From Dimorphilus gyrociliatus (taxonomy: Eukaryota; Animalia; Annelida), in NCBI GenBank assembly GCA_904063045.1, contig CAJFCJ010000015.1, positions 806,001 through 870,000 of the forward strand: a stretch of 64,000 bases of DNA, in the 5' to 3' direction. The translations under genes and the position numbers were made by a program. This document shows, one piece after another, positions 38,124-49,090 of this stretch. Each line of letters opens with the position of its first letter. The stretch's first letter is position 1. The notes beneath the pieces were generated by a model, which saw nothing but the letters and a program-made list of their open reading frames with translations, was not told the DNA's origin and did not search any database.

Positions 38124-41100
38124 TTATTCGTGGAAAGAAACTTGAGTTGTTTGCTTTTGTTTTTTGTCAATTGGCTTTAATTCTTCTGTATCTTCGATCT
38201 CTTCAACCATTAAATTCGGATCATGAAATTCTAAATTAAGTAGATCATTAGCGAAATAATGAGCGTCTATTTCTTCGGGCAAATAATTTTCCATAAAATC
38301 TCCACCGACATCGGGATCGATAGGATTCGCCTCGCATCTGGCACCTTCTGCTGCCCCTCCTAATAAAGTAACGAAACATTCTACTATTTCCATTTCCGTC
38401 ATATGCTCTCCTCTCTTTTGCAATAAATCGATAAGACGACGGCGAGCTATTGATTCATTTTCGTCCTCTAATTTTTGAAATGAATTTAATAGGGAGTTCG
38501 CTTCTACCCCGAAAGCTGGTCTATGATTGACGTATACTGAAGAAAAAAATACAGAGATTACAAGTTTAAACGTCTATTTAAAAGAGATTAGACGCTTACG
38601 TAGTATAAAGTCTTCGAGTGAGCATCTCTCCTTATATTTTCCAGTTTCGACATACATACTATATTTTAATTCGTTAACCATATCCTCTATCTGCTGTTCA
38701 GTTGGAAAGAATCCCATTGCTCTCATTACGTATGGTATCTCTGATAAGGGTATTGTATCTGTTATCTTTCTCCTTTCCATCTTATTAATTCCTTCTCTAT
38801 AAACCATAATCAGTTAATTAATAGAATATAGTTGTTAGTCTGATTAACCTACCCTCTAATCTGTGCATAGTAGAAATAATCTTCAAGTTCCTTAAACAAC
38901 TGACCTTCTCGTCCACCGTCAATTAAACCGTAGAACGGATCCAGGTGCTCTCCACCTAATAATAGCTGAGCTTCACAAGCGCTTTATAAAGAGGAAGTAA
39001 TTAGTTAAAATGCTGCAGTAAATGATAGGCTTTCCTTACTCGTAATTCACTCTCCACATGTGAACTATCATATCTTCACCGCCGCATGAAAAGATGTATT
39101 TCCCATCCATACTATAGCAAAAATCGTGGACTCCGTGCGGGTGGGCAACAACAGCCATTGCTTTATGAGGATTACCGTCTAAAGGAACAATATGAATACC
39201 TAATTTATCGGAGGACATAAAAGTCATAAATCTCGAATCTGGCAACAATTTCATCCTTTCAACAGGCGACCCAAATGTGGGTGCTAATATCGTTTTACGG
39301 CACATTTTAGTGGTGACATTATATAACTTGAATTTGAACTGGTCGTTTGCGGTAACAAAGAATCTTTCTTTTGTAACCGGAGCATATTCAGTTAAACAAA
39401 GAGCCCTTGCATCCTGTTCAATCTTATCTATACTAAGGATCTTTAAATCGTCCCTTTTACTATTTTCAAGATCATATTCCACCAATCTTCTATCCATTCC
39501 TAAAGTAAATAATCGCGCCTCATTTTTATCAGGATGTTCGGCAAACATGATATCGGCAACGGGTTTTTGGTGAGCTCTATATCGTCCAATTAATTTATAA
39601 GGCGACTCTTGAACATGTGTTGCTTTTAGAACAGTTGTTGTATAATTAATATCTATACAAGCAAGATAAGATCCATCCAAAGCAAATGCCACCTTTGTTA
39701 TTTGGCATTTGCAAAGACGCAATTTATCCGCGCTAGCATCGTCCAAGCTACTTGATTCAATTAGTCTTACATAACCAGTGGCAAATCCCAAAGCTTTTTA
39801 ATAACAATCCTATTAATTATTATGCAAATTATTATTGATTTTGCTAACAACTTACCAATCAAATGACCTTTAGGGTGAAAGGCCATACATTTAATTGCGG
39901 GGTTACTTCCCTTAAATTGACGACTAAGTACAACTTTTCTGTTTTGTTGAGTCGATTATTTCGATTATTAAGAATTTTTAATAAATTTAATTAGGTTAAT
40001 TACTTTGTCTCGTAGTCCCACACTTTTAAAAGGCCGGAATCGCACGCTGCGGCTATGTAAGGCCTATAAAAAATGAATAATAATTTATAATAATACTTAT
40101 ACTCTTTAATTTTCGTTTTTTTTTACATTTTCGGGTGAGTAGCTATAGCTCTAATATCCGTTTCGGCCTCTTTAGATATTACTCTTAACTTTGATCCTTC
40201 CGCCTCTACCATACCCATATATCCTGAGTAGGTGGAAATGGAAAAATCTCTTGTTTTGAATTTTCTTGCAGCTATTGTTGCATCCGGAGGAAAGTTGCCA
40301 AGAGGCTCAGCACTGTGATAAAGATGTATACACATATATTTAAAAATAAACAAAATGGACGATTGCAAATATTTCTACAGGTAGGTATCAAGAGAAATCT
40401 AAGTGAATGAAATGATACAAATAGGCCTTTAAAATGATCTTTTAGCAAATTGCACTTTTACAACTTAATATATGTATATAGGTGATACAATAGAATAATA
40501 AGCCATCAATCTAAATAAAAAATTGAATAAATTATAGAAAATCATAAAAAATGTGAATAAATTACAATAATAAATCATGTGCTCATGAATATTGCTAAAT
40601 TATCTTCCTTTTTCTTTACTATTTTTTATACATTAAGTGTAATTTTGAGTGCGTTTCACAAATAGCTTTACTGCTTTTGATTGTTTGTTTAACTTACGGT
40701 TCTTTTTCTTTTCCGAAAAATACTTTACTGAATTAAAATATGATTATTATACATATTTAAATGATATGTTAATATATGTAAATCTCTTAGTTATGCTAAC
40801 TACACATAGTAAATTAATTTATTTCTTTATATTATACTTACTATCTTTCATCTTCAGGATCGCTATTGAATAATAAAAAATAAGAATAGATAATATATAC
40901 AGGTAGATATTTATAACTTACAATACTTTAAAATCTGGTGAATATGCAAATGAGAGAGATAATATGGGACCCAATTCGAAATTCGAATACCACATCATTA
41001 GCTTCATGTTATTATCGAAAAATTTCACATGACCAGCCTGATCTCCAATAACAATAAATCTGGATAGAATTATAGGGAAAAAGATGTCATGAATGGATTA

Positions 41101-44100
41101 AGATAATTTACTTATCATCACGTTAATCTACCAAAAAAAAGAACTAAAAATCTCTTTTTAATCAGCTTAATCTATTCTTTTTAGACTCGTAATCATATAT
41201 ATATAAAAAATAGGATTAATTAAATCTTTAAGCCATCATCTAAGAGAACTATTAGGGATCTATTTTATGTTTATCTTTGTCTCTTTTTCCGGTTTTTTAA
41301 ATACTAATTACTTACTTTTTGCTATAACTAAATAACCTGAATATATTGAATATATTTATAGTGAATAAATTATGCAAATTATATAATATTTAGTATTTGA
41401 ATGATAAGAAAGCAAAATAAATTACGTACCCATCGCAAAGTGTCATAACGGTTATTCCCTTTTCTTGTAATTTAATTAATTTTAGTGCCTTTTTATTTGG
41501 TGTCGGTTTGTAGGTCACTAATTAGTTAATTTATTCATTGGTTATGAGTATTGTGGAATATTTTAAATAGATTATACTTTTTGTAATTGGAGCATTTGTA
41601 TCCCAAACAACTAGATTACCAATAGAGGTTGCTGTCAATGCTCTGGTCGACGATTCCAAAAATATAGACTGACTATAGTTACCAACAGGTTTTCTAAAGT
41701 CATCATTTGTCAAAGGTGGAGCGAAATAGACGATTTCCGTACTATCCTGTATGTTTGAGAGGTTAGCATGAGAGGACAGGGATTATTAATTATTATGTTG
41801 GATTATTTTTACCCATTTGTAAAAGATAACTTGAGTTTCGCTATTGGATACTATGTGATTAACATCGAAAGGATTGAAATAGAGAAATGTTTGCAATCCA
41901 TAAGTTTGCTCTAGTGTAGCCGTACAAACAGCTTGTTTAGATTCAACAGTCCAATCCCAAATAGCCAATGTTTGCGGGTGTGAATGACTCAAGGATGCTA
42001 TATACCTAGAATCGGGTGTTATGGCTAAAGCGGCAACCCCGCCGTCTGGATGAGCATCAAATATCGTTTGAACTGGTATTCTAAATAGATGAAAGAACTA
42101 ATAATTTATATAATTCATTGATGTATAATAAATTCAATAATATACCCAGTGTTAGTATCCCATATTATTATCATACACTGTTTTCCGCTATCGGCGGTGG
42201 CTAACCACCTTTTATCTCTGCTTATTGCTGTACAAGATATATTGTTGACCTTCAAAGGAGAATGAAAAAATAGTAAAATAACGATCAATTTTAAAAATTT
42301 AATTAAAACTATTTCTAATTTCCGTTACTTACGTGACCCTGAAGAATTCGTTGCTTATTATTAACCACATCATAGAGAACGCATGAATGACCACAGGCGT
42401 ACGCTATTAATTTTCTTTTATTCGTTGATAGATTTAGTAATTTCACATTCTTATTTACTCCAAAACACCAGTGAACCGACTAGTAATTAAGTAACTATTT
42501 TATATAACTTACTCATACTTTATGTTATTAGTTCCCTTACCATTGCCGAGGTTTTATCATCCTCCTCTTCCTCTTCTTCAAACGTTTCCTCAGCCTCTAG
42601 TTGGGGAGGTGGTGGAGGGGTTGGTATCTTCTTCTTAGTCTCCTCCTCTTCCTCATCCTGCTTCTCTTCCTATCGTAATACATTTATACAATTAATTACT
42701 CTCGTCTAAACAGAATTTTCGCTTTTTTCACAACTAGGTCAAACCGTATTAAATATAGGTTGATTATCAATTGTTAATTCATTAATATTTAAACTATTTG
42801 ATTGAATTGAATTGTGGGAATTTTTAAAAGTATTTGAATTATTGGCAGATTCTCTCTCTAGGTCGTTTATATTATCACTCAAGGTTAACTCCTTCCTTTG
42901 GTTGAACCATGGCATATTTGCACCTAAATCTTTTGTTATTTTCATTTGCTTTGTAATAGTTATTTCTAAATATTCATTTAGCATCTTTGTAACTCTTTTT
43001 TCTGCCTCCTTATAACAACTAGAAACATATCGTAAATAGGCTAAAGTAGGTGGAATGAGGCCAACGTCTACAGCATCTACAGCTGGTATCATACCAACTT
43101 CTGTCTGGCTTAAACCAGACATACAGTCTAGGTAACAAGACGCTCTGTCTCTATTAAATATTGATAGGAAGTGGTCGTCAACTGCCCTTTGAATATCTTC
43201 ATTACTAGTTGATAGTAGAGCTTTAGGGGGTTGAGTACTAGATCTATTACTTTTCGGTAACATTGGCGTGGACATGACAATATTCGGGAGATTTTCTTCG
43301 AATTCATCTTCTTGATCTTGATGTCTTGATAAGGATGTACTTGCCTATATTTCTTTTGTTATTGACTACTGACATAATGAAGAATAAACGATTACTTTAA
43401 CTCACCTTAGCTGGAGGAGATTTCGGCTTATCACCTTCCGCTCCCTCATTTTTAGCTTCTTCTTGATTTTCTTCTTTTGCCTCTTCCTGATTATCTTTTA
43501 CAGCCTCTTCTTGATTCTCTTCTTTTACCTCTTCCTGATTTTCTTTCACAGTCTCTTCTTGATTCTCTTCTTTTGCCTCTTCCTGATTATCTTTTACAGC
43601 CTCTTCTTGAGTCTCTTCTCTTGCCTCTTCCTGATTACCTTTTACAGCCTCTTCTTGATTCTCTTCTTTACTCTCTTCCTGATGACCATGCTCGCTAGTT
43701 TCCTTATCTTCATTTGGCTTAGACTCATCTCCAGCTTGAGCTTGTTGAGTTTCTTCTGATTCTACTTCTTTTGTAGCTTCTCCACTTTCATCGGCGGCTC
43801 CTGCGGATTTTTCATCTTTTACTTTCTCTTCTGTTTCTTCGGGAGCAGTTTTTTCAGATTTTTCCCCTTCGTGTCCTTCTTTTTCTTCGTCTTTTACATT
43901 CTCACCTTCTTCTGAGGTTTTCTTTTCATCTACCTCTATTTCTTCTTTTGGTTTATTACCATCATCTGATTTAATATCTTCCTCCGGTTTTGTATCATCA
44001 TCCGGTTTTTCTTCATCCTTTGACTTATTTTCCTCGACTTCTGCACCTTCTGTAGCTTCTGCTTGCTTTTCTTCTTGATTGTTTTCTTGTTCAATTTGTG

Positions 44101-44647
44101 CTTCCTGTGTATTGTCTGCATTTTCTACAGTTCCTTCAGTTTCATTACCTGGAGGCTCTTGAGGAGCTCTCTTCAGAGAGTCAACATTTTCACTTTGATT
44201 TTCTGCAGGTTCAGTAATATTTTTACTATTGGACTCTTTATGATTTAAATCTTCTTCAGGTTGTCCACTTTCTGGTTCTTGTTTGTCCGGGTTATTTTCT
44301 GTATCATCTTTTAAATCATGTTGTATTTCAGGCTCTTCTGAGACGGGTTCTATTTCCTGTTTATCTGCTTTGGCCGAGCCTCGTGAACCTCTGCTGGCCG
44401 CTGATTGTGGTCTGGAAGTATTTCCGGCGCTTTGAGGTCTAGAAGATGGTTTCGCACTAGATGGTCTAGAAGATGGCTTCGCACTGGATGGTCTAGATGT
44501 CTGCTTAACACTTTCCGCTTTAGCAGAAGTAGGCCTTGCTCCTTCTTCATTTTCTGTTTTGTCTTCAGTTACAACTAAATGGAATTGTTATGAATAGAAT
44601 TTCAGTGTAATAGAAAAAATAGCTTTACCGTCTTTAACATCCGACAT
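38124..44647 (-). CDS. CFAP251: Cilia- and flagella-associated protein 251 (WDR66): long acidic N-terminus, WD40 repeats, C-terminal EF-hand-like region; many short introns
   Basis: [10 protein letters not shown]...[13 protein letters not shown]...[54 protein letters not shown] and [27 protein letters not shown] match WDR66 as I recall it. ATG at 44647 (MSDVKD|intron). Confidence 0.9.
43457..43686 (-). repeat. Coding tandem repeat in the CFAP251 N-terminus: 24-nt units (NQEEAKEE / NQEEAVKD) alternating in a 48-nt super-period, about 9-10 units
   Basis: The plus strand shows recurring ctcttcctgatt / ctcttcttgatt blocks every 24 nt; translation is in frame with CFAP251. Confidence 0.9.
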
Positions 44648-44900
44648 AATTTTATTCCGTCTTAATCTAGTGAAATTATTTCTAAAACAAATAACAAAAG
44701 ACAATTTGAATCCATCGGGTGGTAAACTATCAAATTTTTTTCAATTTTACGGCTTGATTCATTAAAATTTGTAATTAAAACACTTCAAAATTGATATTTA
44801 AGTTACAATATACTGACTATCAAAGAAAAAGTAACGCCTTTTTAGAGAATTTCTTGTTAAAAACTTGTCTTACATTCAACCGGAAGAAGTATTTTGATTC

Positions 44901-44936
44901 GTAACTATAGGCAACGACATGTATCGCCATCTATCG
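44901..44936. promoter_or_regulatory. RFX X-box-like site (GTAACTATAGGCAAC) next to a CTCF-like motif (CGCCATCTATCG) in the 345-bp divergent CFAP251/Ly6 promoter
   Basis: The reverse complement GTTGCC-TAT-AGTTAC fits the X-box consensus with one mismatch; it lies about 255 nt upstream of a ciliary gene. Confidence 0.6.
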
Positions 44937-44992
44937 GGTACCTGAGCAAGGAAGCAGACGACGTTTACCTGTAAAGGTACAAGTTTTTAAAT

Positions 44993-45530
44993 ATGCAAAA
45001 TTCATTGTCCAGTTGGATTTTTACCCTGCTTTTAGTTGCGTTGAGTATAAATATAGGTGAGTAGGTCATAATTACCAAAAAATAATCAAAAAATAATAAC
45101 GGATTCAATCATATTGAATTTAGCTTCGTCCATTAAATGCTACTCATGTCATAGTAGTCAACCTGGTTGCGGAAAGGATGTAAATATACGCTTTCAACGC
45201 TGGAAATCTTGTCAGAGCACTGGAAGAGGGGGAGGTGAAAATTTTTGCGTCAAGGTTTTAGAAAGACGTGACGGAGAAGAGTACATAACTAGGGATTGCT
45301 TAATGAATCTTAGATTGGACACTAGACATCGAACAAGAATGCCTACAATCCAGCGACACGGCTATTGTGAATACGCTCGAAATGACGACCCGTGGACGCC
45401 ACTAGATAAATCCGTTATCTACTGCTTTTGTAATGATTATAACGCTTGCAATTCATCGCCTAAAGGAGTTAACTATTCGATGAAATTAGCATTATTCTCT
45501 GTAGTGTTTGTATTATTATACGCCATTTAA
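44993..45530 (+). CDS. Ly6/uPAR three-finger, quiver/sleepless-like, probably GPI-anchored protein; 2 exons
   Basis: Signal peptide MQNSLSSWIFTLLLVALSINI, intron ~45057-45123, then IKCYSC...GC...C...FCVK...RDC...C...YCFCNDYNACN and a hydrophobic tail. Confidence 0.85.
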
Positions 45531-46462
45531 TTCAACCATTTTGCATAGCATCTTAGGAAGACAATATGAGCGTTCCAATCTCCTGGATCTTCAATAAAAT
45601 CCCATTCTCTGTTACTCGTATATATTATCCTACCGAATTCATCTCGATTGTAATATACCTATGGAGTAAACGAGCAAGTTATGATTTATTGCAAATGCTT
45701 TTTGTTTAAAGATTATCATGTTTTCTTTTTTTTTTAACCTTGTTTTTTTTATACATACAAGAATATTTTAATACAACCTATTAGAATTAAGAAAACCTCT
45801 CTATTTAGTCTAGACTTACGTCATTATCCTCTAATTCGTATTCACTATTCATCGCGTGTAATAAATCTTCACATAGATTATCTGCATCGGTAGTCCTTTC
45901 GTCGGAATCGCCGTCATAATTCAACTTTCGAATTTCAGAAACCCTTATCAATACAAAATATATACATATATATGAATATATACGGTATATATATATACAT
46001 ATAAGCCATTTTAGTAATTTATAGAGTAGATTAGAGATTAAATAGCTTTATATATCTTTATATAATCTAATTTTACCGAATATCTAGACAACCAAACGAT
46101 TCCATATTCTCATCTCCGCAAGTAGAATTCTCTCTTGTGAAAGTTTTACAGCTAACTTCCCTACCCTTAATGGTAGTTTTTTCCGGAAAACTCTTGATAC
46201 CTTATAGATAAAATAGACGATAAGAGTTGAAATTAAACGCATATATTGTGGTAGATAAAAAGTAATCGGACAGTAACAAAATTTAGACAAGCTTATTCTA
46301 AAACATATCATATTTTTCCTATATGTCTGATTACATCTTGTCAGCCACAGTGTAGAATTTAATCTATATATAAATATATATTTATATACAAGGTCCAAGT
46401 AGACAATATCCATAAGAACCAAGTTCCAAGAGGATCAGTGATAATATGAATATAAACTTCAT
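45527..46462 (-). CDS. Unannotated secreted orphan protein, 150 aa, 4 exons (46390-46462, 46077-46200, 45820-45943, 45527-45658); not in the ORF track
   Basis: Exon lengths 73+124+124+132 = 453 nt; three GT-AG introns (189, 133, 161 nt) with matching phases 1/2/0; no internal stop; signal peptide MKFIFILSLILLELGSYG. Confidence 0.75.
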
Positions 46463-46900
46463 ATTTTATTACGTCGTTCTATTAATGTGTATAATTAATT
46501 AAATGATGATTTGTTCACCTTGTAAGTTTTCAATTCTTTATTTAAATTTTTTATCAATACGCTATCTAATATTTTTGGCTTTTTTTTCACTAGAATATAC
46601 TGAGACAAGGAAGGAAAGAAAGAAAAAAGGAGGGGAAGGAGGGAGGAAAACAAGAGAACGAGTGAGATAAGAAAGCAAAAAGAAGAAAACAAATATTTAA
46701 AATACTATAGACTTCGCAACATGATGATTTCTCACAGATGATAAGCTAAATAAAAGCTATAAATTAAACGAAATAGGCTGTGGTATACAATTGTAATTAG
46801 ACGTGTTTTTGTTTATCATGAAAATGTTCAATATTCCTCCTTAATGTTTGAATATATTTTCGTTTTAGTTCTCTCTTCCCCGTCACCCCATTTTCTTTTC

Positions 46901-47564
46901 TTACACCTTTTTTGGCTTCAACGTTGTAAAGGAAATGTACAATCCAAATATTGTGGCTAGTAGAATTGCTGCAACGAATAAGCCTTTCCATACTCCCATT
47001 GGAATCCACGCACAGATAACCGGGAATTGCTGTTCGAATGTTTTCTATAAAGAATAATTATTAAATTTGTTCTTAATTAATAAAATTATAACAGCTAACC
47101 CATCCACCGTTGCTAACAATCCACAGGCCTAATCGATTGATGACGATATCGGAAAGAATGTCGGCAATTGCATCTGTACAATCATCAATATTTACCCGGA
47201 GACAACCTCTAGCCAAATAGGAGCAAAAGGAATACAAAGTGACTATTCGGCCCCAAGTGACAACTTGATCGTCGAACATTTGTGTTGCAATATTATGTAT
47301 AAGTTTTAATTGACTAGCATCCTGAATATCTAAAGCTTTAACCATATCTTTAAGCATTTGTTCGCGATCCTTAATCATATCGTCCACCAAATTCCGCATA
47401 ATTTGTATCCTTCTATTGCGAGGCTGAGGAGCGTCTTGGGGGCATGCGACATAATGAACAACATCTCGGGCCAATTCTTTAGATTGGTTACGAAATGTTA
47501 CAGGAAGAAAGTTGCCATTGAGAATTACTCTCTGATTAGGTCCAACATCAACGTGAATACCCAT
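46901..47564 (-). CDS. Bcl-2 family, Mcl-1-like protein with C-terminal TM anchor; exons 47100-47564 and 46901-47044 (202 aa)
   Basis: BH1 VTWGRIVTLYSF; BH2 LWIVSNGGW|KTF with a 55-nt intron after GGW (the conserved Bcl-2 family intron position); tail GLFVAAILLATIFGLYISFTTLKPKKV*. Confidence 0.88.
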
Positions 47565-47879
47565 CCTATAATAAAGCAACAATGAGCGATAATAAGAGAA
47601 CTTTCCAAGCATCAATAACATTGACAAATTTTGCAGTCGATTTTCTAGGATATAATTTTTATTGTAAATTACCTAAGCAAAAACCTTTCAAACGTAAAGT
47701 CCAATTTGCCTCAGAATCATATTTCTTTCGTAATAAAAAGTTTCATCAGAGATTAAGAACGTTTTTCGACAAATATTCTATACCTACTTCGCAAATCCCC
47801 CCTCTCTCTCCGAATAGTATGGAAATAGAATTATTTATCTTTTCCTTCTGCTCTCCCCCCTCACACTTTCCACTGTATT

Positions 47880-47891
47880 TGCGCATGCGCA
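47880..47891. promoter_or_regulatory. Perfect NRF1/erect-wing palindrome TGCGCATGCGCA upstream of the Bcl-2-like gene
   Basis: Exact 12-bp consensus in a CpG-poor context, about 315 nt upstream of the ATG. Confidence 0.65.
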
Positions 47892-49090
47892 AGTTTCTCT
47901 CTCCCTCTCTGCACTGCACTGCACTTTTTTTTATATTGCAGCGTTATTAGTAACTTTGTTGCAGAGGAAATTTTATACTCTTAATAAAGTATTAAGGAAA
48001 TTTATATTAAGGTCAACATTAATTGAATTTTACGTAATTCTAAACTTTTTTTAACTAATAATTGACGAATTATATACTTTTTTAATATAATAATGTTTTA
48101 AAAACATATATTTATACTAAATATAATATGTATAATACTTATTTAACAATCTGGTTAATAATATACTAATTGAGTAGTTATATTGTGTATTTGTACTAAG
48201 AAATAACCACAATACCATAATGCGTATTAATATAGTTTGTACTGTACGCTTTTCCTAAGTTCTCCTATTTCCGCTAAATAGGCCTTTCTACTTTTTTTGT
48301 GCGGGTATTTCGTCCAATCAAGACTAATCAAGGGTCATGTGATCTAGTGAGTTAGTAATATATATACATGTGTTTTTTACTCTCAGTTAGCGGTTTGGTA
48401 TTAAATAAAAGCTTAGGCAAAAATTATCTATTTTTCATTAATTTTTAAACATAGAAGTACAACTTAAAATATAGCAGGTAATGTACTAATTATTTATACC
48501 TCTTTTTTAGAATATATTCTAAAAGAATGTTCTTTTAAGAATGTTCTCTTTTTAACTAAACCCTATGACCTTTTAACCCTTTAACCGTCGAAAGTAGAAA
48601 CATCATAGGTTGATGAATCATTTTCTTTGCCTCTTAATAGCTTTTAGACGATATATAAAAATATAAATATATAATCTATATGTTGACTCTTTATACATAA
48701 TTTTTTTAAGTTCTATTTTCTCTATATTTTATAGATTATTAATTGAATTTTATCCTATTGAAAATGAAATAAATATGAGTTTTATAGTTAAAATTATATA
48801 GGAGAAATAGTACTTAAAATAACACAGCTGTAACCGTGTTGAATATATTGCTGTTTTGCAGCAAAGCACGTACTGACTTTTTGTTTCTTTAGCTCTTCTT
48901 TTTTTATTATATCGGTATTGGTTTTCTTTTGTAGTTATTTACTAATTTTCTGTTTAACTTGGAAAAGTTAATAGTTTAGAATAAACAATATATTTAAATA
49001 TATACAAATTATAGGGGTATTTTTATCATTGTTATATTTTATCTTTAATTTTATTCAAATAGGATTAATACTGCTTGAAAAAGAACAACA

